DNA of 64,000 bases from Patescibacteria group bacterium (GTDB lineage Bacteria; Patescibacteriota; Microgenomatia; Levybacterales; UBA12049), in assembly GCA_038061615.1 (NCBI GenBank), contig JBBTYY010000015.1, positions 1,298-65,297 on the forward strand, read 5' to 3'. Shown here piece by piece: positions 7,586-15,793 of this stretch. The translations under genes and the position numbers were made by a program. The notes below the pieces were generated by a model, which was not told where the DNA came from, ran no database searches, and saw nothing but the letters and a program-made list of their open reading frames with translations. Within the stretch, counting starts at the first letter, position 1. Each line of letters begins with the position of its first letter.

Positions 7586-8707
7586 CTATTTTTTAACTCC
7601 CTCAAAGTATTTACTTATTCTATCAACTACAAATTCTTGCATTTCTCGTGTCAATTCAGGGTAAATTGGCAAAGATAAAATTTCTGATGATATTTTTTCC
7701 GTTACTCTTAAGTCTCCCCTTTTATATCCTAAATAAGCATATGCCCTCTGTAAATGCAAGGGTATTGGATAATGAATTAACGACTGTATTTTGTTTTCTT
7801 TTAGATACTCCAATAATCCGTCTCTTTTTTTTGTCTTTATTACATAAAGGTGAAAAACATTCTTTCTGCCATTAAAAATTTTGGGAGTTTGGATAAATGG
7901 AACATATTTTTTTAGTAAATCTGAATAGTACTCCGATATCTTTATTCTTTTTTCATTCCACTTATCAAGATGCTTAAGTTTCACTCTTAAAACTGCAGCT
8001 TGAATACTATCCAGGCGGGAATTTACTCCTAAAATATCATGGTAGTATTTTTCTCTTTGTCCATATTCCCTCAACAACTTATATTTATTTGCTAATTCCT
8101 TGCTGTTTGTAACTATTGCGCCAGCATCTCCATACGCTCCTAAATTTTTTCCTGGATAAAAGGAAAAAGCAGAAAATATTCCGAATGTACCTACTTTTTT
8201 ACCTTGATATTCTGCTCCGTGTGCCTGTGATGCATCTTCTATAAAATGGATCTTTTTCCCTGTCTTTTTGATACTTTCTCTTATCTTTTCTATACTGTCC
8301 GGCTGTCCATACATATGAACCACTATTATTGCTTTGGTTCTATTGTTAATCTTCCTTTTTAAATCTTCCAGATTAATCTGGAAATCTTCGTTTATATCTA
8401 CAAAAACCGGCCTAAGGCCGTTCTCGGAAGCAGCTAAGGCTGTGGAAATATATGTATTTGCGGGTATTAGGATTTCATCTCCCTGTTCAAGCTCCAATGC
8501 CCTTACTCCCAATATCAAGGCATCGGTGCCCGAATTAACGCCAATGCAATAATTTGCTCCAAGATAATGAGCAAATTCCTCCTCAAATTTATTCACATCT
8601 TCGCCCTGGATAAATTTAGCGGATTGAATTACTTTGAATATAGCATTTTCTATTTCGGTTTGGATTTCTTCATATTGCAGCTTAAGATCAACAAAAGGAA
8701 TATTCAT
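7586..8707 (-). CDS. DegT/DnrJ/EryC1/ArnB-family PLP-dependent sugar aminotransferase
   Basis: 373 aa. GVNSGTDAL, FIEDASQAHGA and SFYPGKNLGAYGDAGAI; the catalytic Lys is present. Confidence 0.85.
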   Translation of the reverse strand: MNIPFVDLKLQYEEIQTEIENAIFKVIQSAKFIQGEDVNKFEEEFAHYLGANYCIGVNSGTDALILGVRALELEQGDEILIPANTYISTALAASENGLRPVFVDINEDFQINLEDLKRKINNRTKAIIVVHMYGQPDSIEKIRESIKKTGKKIHFIEDASQAHGAEYQGKKVGTFGIFSAFSFYPGKNLGAYGDAGAIVTNSKELANKYKLLREYGQREKYYHDILGVNSRLDSIQAAVLRVKLKHLDKWNEKRIKISEYYSDLLKKYVPFIQTPKIFNGRKNVFHLYVIKTKKRDGLLEYLKENKIQSLIHYPIPLHLQRAYAYLGYKRGDLRVTEKISSEILSLPIYPELTREMQEFVVDRISKYFEGVKK

Positions 8708-9711
8708 TTCTTAAATATCTTAATTAAATTATCTAAAATAAATTTTCTACCGTTATAATCTTTTAAAAACGCAAATAGAATAGTGTCGACCAGCAAAAAA
8801 GTAATAGGCGCTTCTAATAAATAGAGCCAGTTTTTGTATTTTACCATCTTATAGAGAGAAAAAAATAGTACAGGGAAAAAAAGGTTGGCAGATATGATAA
8901 GCAAAGAGAGCTTGAGAAAATCACGAAAATTGGTTAAATCAAACCACTTGTAGTGACCTCGCGTCTTTTCGTATCGAAGATAACTCCTCTCGACATTTCT
9001 AATTCTTTTGGCTAATAATTGACTTAAACTATCTGCATGAAAGTGATAATATCCAGCATCTGGAACGTATGCAAATTTGACGTATCCATTTTTTACCAGA
9101 AGTACAAGATTACCCATATCGTACCAAAGTTTTTTGCTACCCAAGAGCTCTCTCATAACACTCATTCGATAAAGACCATGCGATTGCGGTGGAATTTTAT
9201 CGATTCTGTATCTACAAATATAATACCCCTTCCTTCTTTCCTCTAAAACTTCCTCAATTCCTGGACTAAAAAATTGGTAGACAAGATCTCGCTGAAAAAC
9301 ATCAAGATTAAGGTATCGGGTTACAAGCGACTCTTTTGGATGGGAGTAGTACCGTGTAATTGAGGCTGCAATATCAGGATTTTCTATGAAAGGTTTTGCC
9401 ATTTTCAAAAACCAATCTCTCCCTCGAAAACGCATATCTGCCCCAATCGCGGTGAACAGGTCACCAGTTGCCGATCGAAATCCAATAGTCGCAGAAAGAT
9501 CACCATCTCGCTTACCATTTCGCAAGACCTTTACAGGAAAAGCTCTTGCGATAGTCACAGTATTATCTGTTGAATCATCATCTACGATGATCACTTCAAG
9601 TTTATCCTTTGGATAGTCTTGATTAAATATAGAAGTTAAACAATCTCTAATGTTTTCTTCTTCGTTATAAGTGAAAATGCAATAGCTAATCTTTGGTAAT
9701 GATGAAGGCAT
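8704..9711 (-). CDS. GT2 glycosyltransferase with C-terminal TM segments
   Basis: 335 aa. ISYCIFTYNEEENI, VIIVDDDSTDNT, and a C-terminal hydrophobic region. Confidence 0.7.
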   Translation of the reverse strand: MPSSLPKISYCIFTYNEEENIRDCLTSIFNQDYPKDKLEVIIVDDDSTDNTVTIARAFPVKVLRNGKRDGDLSATIGFRSATGDLFTAIGADMRFRGRDWFLKMAKPFIENPDIAASITRYYSHPKESLVTRYLNLDVFQRDLVYQFFSPGIEEVLEERRKGYYICRYRIDKIPPQSHGLYRMSVMRELLGSKKLWYDMGNLVLLVKNGYVKFAYVPDAGYYHFHADSLSQLLAKRIRNVERSYLRYEKTRGHYKWFDLTNFRDFLKLSLLIISANLFFPVLFFSLYKMVKYKNWLYLLEAPITFLLVDTILFAFLKDYNGRKFILDNLIKIFKK

Positions 9712-9715
9712 CTTA

Positions 9716-10693
9716 CTAACGCACTAAATGCTTAACTAAAAGTCCTTTCACAAAAAAAATTCCATAGGTAATATGAGTCATAATTATACCAAGACCAGCT
9801 ATAAGCGAAAGGATAAAGCCAACTTTATGATTATAAACAGAAAAAACAGCACATGAAAGAACAAATAAAAAAAGTGAAATAAATACCAATGCAACATATG
9901 GAGGACATAGCATAGAAAGAATAATACCTCCAATAAAACAAACCGTTAAGGTAGCAGGTAAAAGATAGATAATTCTTCTTGAGGTTTCTGGATACTTTAT
10001 AAAAAAATATCCTCTATGCAAACCGACACCTGCTATTTGTTTTAAGAAACTGATTGGAAACTTACGCCTATGATGATAGACAACAATATTTGAATCATAC
10101 ATAATTTTTCCATACTTAATTAGCTTCATGCAAAGCAATGTATCTTCCCCTCCATAAAAAGTTGATCCATAACCTCCCACTTTTTTTAAAATACTAGTGC
10201 GTACAAATAGGTTATATGCAGGATAATCATTTACAAATATTTTTGCTCCGGTTCGATAAAAACGGTATTGAATACCTCCACTGCAAAGATAGGATTCAAT
10301 AATGTATCCCCCAATTTTTTCCAAAAATGAATCATCCGGAGGCGTAATTCCAGGACCTACTACTGCAACTATGTGTGGATTTTCAAAATATTTTACTGCT
10401 TTTTGAAGCCAATCTTCGCTTGAATACGCATCATCATCAATAAAAGCACAAATTTCGCCTTTTGCTATTTTTATTGCCAAATCTCTTTTTTCTGCCGGCC
10501 CTGTATGCGCTTGATGAGTCAGGAGTAGTTTGACCTTCCTTTCTATGTTAGGTAGTGAAACGTTCTTGTCACAGACAACTATAATCTCAAAGTTATTGTA
10601 TTTTAGTTTTGAAAATTTCTGAAAATCTTTGAAAAAACGTTCAGAAATTACGTACAAAGGAATAATAATCGATACAAAGGGTTGTCGACGCAT
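9716..10693 (-). CDS. GT2 glycosyltransferase with C-terminal membrane domain
   Basis: 325 aa. VSIIIPLY, a DDD motif (AFIDDDAY), and four C-terminal TM helices. Confidence 0.75.
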   Translation of the reverse strand: MRRQPFVSIIIPLYVISERFFKDFQKFSKLKYNNFEIIVVCDKNVSLPNIERKVKLLLTHQAHTGPAEKRDLAIKIAKGEICAFIDDDAYSSEDWLQKAVKYFENPHIVAVVGPGITPPDDSFLEKIGGYIIESYLCSGGIQYRFYRTGAKIFVNDYPAYNLFVRTSILKKVGGYGSTFYGGEDTLLCMKLIKYGKIMYDSNIVVYHHRRKFPISFLKQIAGVGLHRGYFFIKYPETSRRIIYLLPATLTVCFIGGIILSMLCPPYVALVFISLFLFVLSCAVFSVYNHKVGFILSLIAGLGIIMTHITYGIFFVKGLLVKHLVR

Positions 10694-10875
10694 AGAAAAA
10701 TTTAAACTATTTTATCATAAACTTAAGTATTGAGTAATAGCAAATTGAGAGCAATCTGTGATAAAATTGATCCAAACATAAAACAAGAAAAATTCTTAAT
10801 TTCAGTCCGAAAACCTCAATTCAAAGCGCTGTTTGTGAAATTGTTGGAAAGGTTTACTTACACAATAAAATTTAG
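10694..10875. promoter_or_regulatory. Divergent intergenic region between the minus-strand block and the plus-strand trio
   Basis: 182 bp AT-rich non-coding spacer between divergently oriented genes. Divergent promoters are expected here; no confident -35/-10 assignment. Confidence 0.3.
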
Positions 10876-11451
10876 ATGATAAAAGCTTTTAGTTTGATCA
10901 ATGCCGACTGGAATAGATATTTAAAAGCCCACGCCAGTACAAATAAAAAATGGAGTATTCTTGAAAAGACTGCAATCTTTTTTCATAATCCGAATATGTT
11001 TTTTATCATGATGTATGGGGTAGAAAGCTACCTATTTACCCATGAAATTCCTATATTACGATATCTTGGTTATCTTTTGTATCCATTTTATTTCTACATA
11101 AATTATTTATTTTTAGATCTGCATATTCATCCAACTGTGAAAATTGATAAGGGTTTTTACCTCCATTACAAAGGTATTATTATTACCAAAACAGTTTCGG
11201 CTGGTGAGAATTTAACACTTATGGGCCCATTAACAATAGGAACTGACCTTGGAGAAGGACAAGGAGCGAAAATTGGAAAAAATGTTACAATATGTACTGG
11301 TGCACGAATTATTGGAGACTTAACCATAGGTGATAATGTGATAATAGGAGCAGGAAGTGTAGTCGTTAAGGATATTCCATCAAATGTAATTGTTGCCGGC
11401 GTTCCTGCTAAAATTATAAAGCAGTATAAGGAATACAAAGAAAAAAAATAA
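10876..11451 (+). CDS. Hexapeptide-repeat (LbH) acetyltransferase, CysE/WcaB-like
   Basis: 191 aa. The C-terminal half carries left-handed beta-helix hexapeptide repeats (IGKNVTICTGARIIGDLTIGDNVIIGAGSVVVKDIP) preceded by a SAT-like N-region. Confidence 0.7.
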   Translation: MIKAFSLINADWNRYLKAHASTNKKWSILEKTAIFFHNPNMFFIMMYGVESYLFTHEIPILRYLGYLLYPFYFYINYLFLDLHIHPTVKIDKGFYLHYKGIIITKTVSAGENLTLMGPLTIGTDLGEGQGAKIGKNVTICTGARIIGDLTIGDNVIIGAGSVVVKDIPSNVIVAGVPAKIIKQYKEYKEKK

Positions 11452-11454
11452 TAT

Positions 11455-12471
11455 ATGAAAAAAGGACAATTCATAAAAGACAAAAAAATTTTAGTTACAG
11501 GAGGAACGGGATCTTTTGGGACAATGTTTATAAGAGAGATATTGAAATTCGATCCGAGAGAAATCATCGTTTTCAGTCGAGATGAAGACAAGCAGGGTGC
11601 AATGAGGTTGTCCTATAAAGGTAATAGCAAGTTAAGATTCATTCTTGGGGATGTTAGAGACATACGAAGTGTCAAGGAAGCGGTAAGAGGCGTAGATATC
11701 ATTGTTCATGCTGCTGCGTTAAAGTGGATACCAGAAGTTGAGTTAAACGTATGGGAAGCAGTAAAAACAAATGTTATCGGCGCACAAAATATTATTGAAG
11801 CGGCAAGAGATGCGAATGTCGAAAAAGTTCTCGCGTTATCAACAGATAAGGCTGTTGAACCGGTGAATGCCTACGGCATGGCAAAGGCTTTGCAAGAAAG
11901 GCTTATGACAACTGCTAATCTCTACGATAATGGCGCTCGAACAATTTTTGTTTCTACACGATATGGAAACGTGCTGGGATCGAGAGGATCCGTAGTGCCA
12001 CTTTTCCGATCTCTCATCGAACAGGGAAAACCTCTCACCATTACCGATCCTTCGATGACAAGATTTCTTCTCACCCTTAAGGAAAGCGTTGAGCTTGTTT
12101 TGAAAGCATTAGAAGAAGGGGTCGGTGGAGAGGTATTCGTTCGTAAGATGCCAGCTCATACGATGGGAGATTTGGTGGATGTTATGCTGCAAGCTCTGCC
12201 ACGGGAAAAAAGAAAGGTTACATCAATCGGAGTACGGCCCGGAGAGAAGATCCACGAGTTGCTCGTGAACACAGCAGAATCTGCTCGAACTGTCAAGCTG
12301 GATGATTACTATGTAATCTTACCGCAGGTTCAGATTCCGGCAGTCGAAAAAAAATACAAACACGTGAAACGGCTTGGTGAATTTCGTTATGATTCGGATA
12401 CCACAAGGCGTATGAGTAAAAGCGAGCTAGCCAGGGTTCTTAAAGCAGAAGGTTGGATACAGCAACTTTGA
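11455..12471 (+). CDS. UDP-GlcNAc 4,6-dehydratase (PseB/CapE/FnlA family)
   Basis: 338 aa. ILVTGGTGSFG, IVFSRDEDKQ, GDVRD, HAAALKWIPEVE, LSTDKAVEPVNAYGMAKA, TRYGNVLGSRGSVVPLF and PLTITDPSMTRF are near-collinear with H. pylori PseB. GC (~42%) is higher than in neighbouring genes. Confidence 0.85.
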   Translation: MKKGQFIKDKKILVTGGTGSFGTMFIREILKFDPREIIVFSRDEDKQGAMRLSYKGNSKLRFILGDVRDIRSVKEAVRGVDIIVHAAALKWIPEVELNVWEAVKTNVIGAQNIIEAARDANVEKVLALSTDKAVEPVNAYGMAKALQERLMTTANLYDNGARTIFVSTRYGNVLGSRGSVVPLFRSLIEQGKPLTITDPSMTRFLLTLKESVELVLKALEEGVGGEVFVRKMPAHTMGDLVDVMLQALPREKRKVTSIGVRPGEKIHELLVNTAESARTVKLDDYYVILPQVQIPAVEKKYKHVKRLGEFRYDSDTTRRMSKSELARVLKAEGWIQQL

Positions 12472-13599
12472 ATGAAAAGAGTTTTATTGGTATCCCATTA
12501 TACAGGAACGCCTGGCGGACCGGTAGATAAGTTTTACGAGTTCTTAAAAAGAGAAAATACGGTTTATGATATTCGTCATCCCCTCTGGCTAAACAGCAAC
12601 TTACCCAGCATTATCAGCGATGGACACAAAGAAACTGCTTTTAGAATTTATTCCCCCATCCGATATCTGTTAGAAGGCCTCATTACTGTGTTCTTTTGGT
12701 ATCGGTTTTTTGGCAGATCAAAGAAAATAGATCTTGCAATTTGTTTTGATTCGCTCTCTTTTATTCATATATTCATGTTAAAATTTTTATTTCATGTAAG
12801 CAAAATTGTATTTTATAATATTGACTATTCTCGAGAACGTTTTAAAAACAGAGTAATGAATTTTATTTATCAAAAAATTAGCCTCTTCTCTTACAAAAAA
12901 TGCGACTACTTTTTTTCACTGTATGACACATTCATTAAAGAAATCGACCCGAAGGGAACATTTGCATACAAAAATTATTTAGTTAAAACTACAGTTAACA
13001 CACGCTCTATTAACACCCGGTTAAAAAAAAATAAAAACTCTCTAATCTACGCCGGTGTCTTGGACTATGGCTCTGTGAACTTTGACTCCCTTCTTGCTGC
13101 GCTAAAAAAACTAAAAGAAGACGGAGTTGAATTTCGGTTTGACATTTATGGAAAAGAAGGGCCAAACGGTGAATTGCGAAAAAAAATAGCAAAACTTCAT
13201 CTTGAGAAATTTGTGTTCTTAAAAGGTGTCGTAGAAAATAAGATACTAATCGAAGAGATCCTTCCGCGATATAAAATCGGGGTATGTCCATATGCTACGA
13301 AGAAAGACCGTTTGGCCCCGGATCATGTATTCCTAGGTTCCGATTTAACAGCCAAGCTTGTGGATTATATAGCAGCAGGCTTACCAGTTGTTACTACCGA
13401 AATTAACGATGCTTTTAATATGATAGAGGAAAATAAGTTCGGTTTTTTAGTCAACACAACGGAAGATTGGTATATAGCAATTAAAAAATTATTTATAAAT
13501 CAAACTCTCTATGCGGAATATAAAAATAATGCTTTAAAGTTTGCTAAAAATTATGACGAAAGAAAAGTCTTAAATCCAATTTTTAAAAAAATCCTTTGA
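12472..13599 (+). CDS. GT4-like (group 1) glycosyltransferase
   Basis: 375 aa. The C-terminal half has a GT4 Rossmann pattern (LIYAGVL..., DIYGKEGP, AAGLPVVTTE). Start codon is adjacent to the stop of the previous gene. Confidence 0.6.
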   Translation: MKRVLLVSHYTGTPGGPVDKFYEFLKRENTVYDIRHPLWLNSNLPSIISDGHKETAFRIYSPIRYLLEGLITVFFWYRFFGRSKKIDLAICFDSLSFIHIFMLKFLFHVSKIVFYNIDYSRERFKNRVMNFIYQKISLFSYKKCDYFFSLYDTFIKEIDPKGTFAYKNYLVKTTVNTRSINTRLKKNKNSLIYAGVLDYGSVNFDSLLAALKKLKEDGVEFRFDIYGKEGPNGELRKKIAKLHLEKFVFLKGVVENKILIEEILPRYKIGVCPYATKKDRLAPDHVFLGSDLTAKLVDYIAAGLPVVTTEINDAFNMIEENKFGFLVNTTEDWYIAIKKLFINQTLYAEYKNNALKFAKNYDERKVLNPIFKKIL

Positions 13600-13606
13600 A
13601 ACTACA

Positions 13607-15793
13607 TTAATTCTTAAATATGAAGTTACGTCTTATCCCTATTAAAAGTACAACTAGTACAATAACCGTAAAAAGAGATACTAATCTTCCATAATAAAAA
13701 TATTTTTCTTGGGTGTAATAGACCTTAACATTATATTTACCAACTTTATTAAGCACAAAACTATTTAAGCCATTTTTTGTTTTATTCGAAGTTACGTATT
13801 TCCCGTCGATTCGTGCAATCCAATACGGACTGAAGTTTTCTGAGAAAACAAGCTTAGTAGGCTGCGAAATTTCTATATCCAAATCGTATGCTGTAGGACT
13901 AAGTATCTCATAGATCACTTTTCCTTCTCCCTGTAGCCAAAAATGGTTCTTGTATGATTGGGTTTCGTAAACTGTAATTTTGCCGGTTTTTATCTTTTTT
14001 AACCAACCTATATTATCTAATTGTTTTTCGAGATTAACTCTTTGTTTCTCATCGTATTTTCTGTCCCTCATGAAGATCTCCCCTATTGAATCGTATGGGA
14101 TAATTACATATTTTACAGACAGTTCTTCTAGTAATCTTTTAGATTCTGGTCTCTGTAATTTAGAAACTGTCTGGGCAGAATTTGCTTGCAGTGAGCTTGC
14201 CGAATCTGTTGCTTTAAAAAGTGGTTGTACCTCAACTGCCGGATGAATATTTGACGCGAAGGTAAATCTTTGCTGTCTTGGAATCCAAAGAGTTCGGAAA
14301 AAATCTGGTTGATCATACAAGAAGTCTTTTAGCTTTATGTATTCGCTTGGTACTTCATGTTTTTCAAACGTCCCCCCAAGCTGACCAAGAAAAACCGGCC
14401 TAATCAATAGTATTAAGTATAAAGTGATAAGTATTAAAAATAAGTTTTGGAAATTAAAAATTTTGTTTTTTATTGAAAATTGAAAATTGAAAATTGAAAA
14501 TTTATTATGCAATTCTAGCGATTCATAAATTTTCCAAATGCTAAAAGGTATCAACACAGAGTAAGACAGGGCGATTAGTGAATAGAATTTAGTTGAGTCT
14601 CTAAACATATTCATTCCGGGAAAATTTTGAAATAACCAGGAGTTAATTTCGCTAAATGGCGGGCTTGCGCCTTTGGCTAGAAATGCGCCAACCAAACCAA
14701 GCAAGGCAAAGAATATAATTGCTCCATTGTTAAATTGCTTCATTGCTACATTATTGTCAAATTTTTGATTTTTAATTTGTATTTTTGATCTTTGATCTTT
14801 AATTTTTGATATAAAAAGCAAACTGCTATACGCAAGTATCGGCAATATTAAAAACTCCGGTTGCAAAAAGTATATTTTTCCAAATATGTTTTCCGGCCAG
14901 TTAGGATGAAGAAGGGAAATACTATTTGAAAAATTTGCAAAACTAAAAAACTCAAATCCGGACACGCTAACAAAACCTTCCGGTATTGGCAAATTCTTGG
15001 TAAACAACAAGGGAAAAATCCAATAACTGTGAAGCAAAACCGCAATCCCAATAGGAATAGCAAAAGTATAAAGTAGAAAGTATAAAGTAGAAAGTATTTT
15101 CTCCCTTAGCGTTTTTACACTTAATGCATAATACGTCGTACTTAATACTGCATAGATTGCAATAGCAATCATACTTAAGTAAGCGATTCTGGGATCAAAC
15201 ATGACTTGAAGCGACAAGACCAATCCAGCAATAATTTGTAATTTGTAATTTGTAATTTGTAATTTGTAATTTAATGCGGAGGAATTAATTAAATTAACGA
15301 GTTTTATAAACCTTGCAAGAACAAGCGGTGCGATGGAGTAAGCCAACGCTACCCCCATCTGTCCTCCTCCGACTACCATTAAAATATATGTATTTGCAGT
15401 AAAAATAAGCGCAGATAGTCCTATCTGCCAAAAGCGGCTTCTGGAAAAAATAGTTTTTAAAAGATAAATGCTTGAAGAAATTGATAGAGCAATAAAAAGT
15501 CCAAACCAAAACAATTTATATCCAATAGCCCATGGTATATGCAAAATGCTAGTAGAAAGGTAAGCGCTAAAATAAAGATATTGATCCAGATAGTATGTTA
15601 GGATTGTCCCGCCAAGCCCATTACCATGAACCAAGCTCCAGGCAGGCGGAAACAATGTAAATTCTTTTAAGGTCTCATTAAAAAAATAGGGCCAATCTCC
15701 CCCAATTATGTTTGCATTAACAAACCATGAATAATAGATATCCACAAGCAAAATAATAAAAATACTAGTAAATAACATGCTCAATTTGCTCAT
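13607..15793 (-). CDS. Large polytopic membrane protein, YfhO/AftD-like putative GT-C glycosyltransferase (paralogue family A)
   Basis: 728 aa. More than 12 predicted TM helices, a periplasmic domain, and a C-terminal FSENFSPYW...TM anchor shared with 15790..19476 and 20673..23120. Contains several heptanucleotide repeat tracts in frame. Confidence 0.75.
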   Translation of the reverse strand: MSKLSMLFTSIFIILLVDIYYSWFVNANIIGGDWPYFFNETLKEFTLFPPAWSLVHGNGLGGTILTYYLDQYLYFSAYLSTSILHIPWAIGYKLFWFGLFIALSISSSIYLLKTIFSRSRFWQIGLSALIFTANTYILMVVGGGQMGVALAYSIAPLVLARFIKLVNLINSSALNYKLQITNYKLQIIAGLVLSLQVMFDPRIAYLSMIAIAIYAVLSTTYYALSVKTLREKILSTLYFLLYTFAIPIGIAVLLHSYWIFPLLFTKNLPIPEGFVSVSGFEFFSFANFSNSISLLHPNWPENIFGKIYFLQPEFLILPILAYSSLLFISKIKDQRSKIQIKNQKFDNNVAMKQFNNGAIIFFALLGLVGAFLAKGASPPFSEINSWLFQNFPGMNMFRDSTKFYSLIALSYSVLIPFSIWKIYESLELHNKFSIFNFQFSIKNKIFNFQNLFLILITLYLILLIRPVFLGQLGGTFEKHEVPSEYIKLKDFLYDQPDFFRTLWIPRQQRFTFASNIHPAVEVQPLFKATDSASSLQANSAQTVSKLQRPESKRLLEELSVKYVIIPYDSIGEIFMRDRKYDEKQRVNLEKQLDNIGWLKKIKTGKITVYETQSYKNHFWLQGEGKVIYEILSPTAYDLDIEISQPTKLVFSENFSPYWIARIDGKYVTSNKTKNGLNSFVLNKVGKYNVKVYYTQEKYFYYGRLVSLFTVIVLVVLLIGIRRNFIFKN
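14472..14499. repeat. (ATTGAAA)x4 tandem heptamer inside a ~100 nt 7-nt-periodic stretch (14411-14508)
   Basis: Directly visible tandem copies. Flanking DNA continues with the same 7-nt period (tattaag tataaag tgataag tattaaa ...). Lies inside CDS 13607..15793 and encodes ...FNFQFSIFNFQ... Confidence 0.9.
15233..15274. repeat. (AATTTGT)x5 perfect tandem heptamer plus a degenerate sixth copy
   Basis: aatttgtaatttgtaatttgtaatttgtaatttgtaatttaa. Inside CDS 13607..15793 and encodes NYKLQITNYKLQI. A 14-mer x2 (agtataaagtagaa) lies nearby at 15065-15092. Confidence 0.95.

Noticed and set aside
11166-11591. 141 aa minus-strand ORF overlapping the LbH acetyltransferase gene
   Set aside because: Antisense to a well-supported hexapeptide-repeat gene. 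Its Pro/Val-rich translation is a typical mirror of LbH repeats.
13010-13291. 93 aa minus-strand ORF inside the GT4-like gene 12472..13599
   Set aside because: Fully embedded antisense ORF with no domain. The host gene is better supported.
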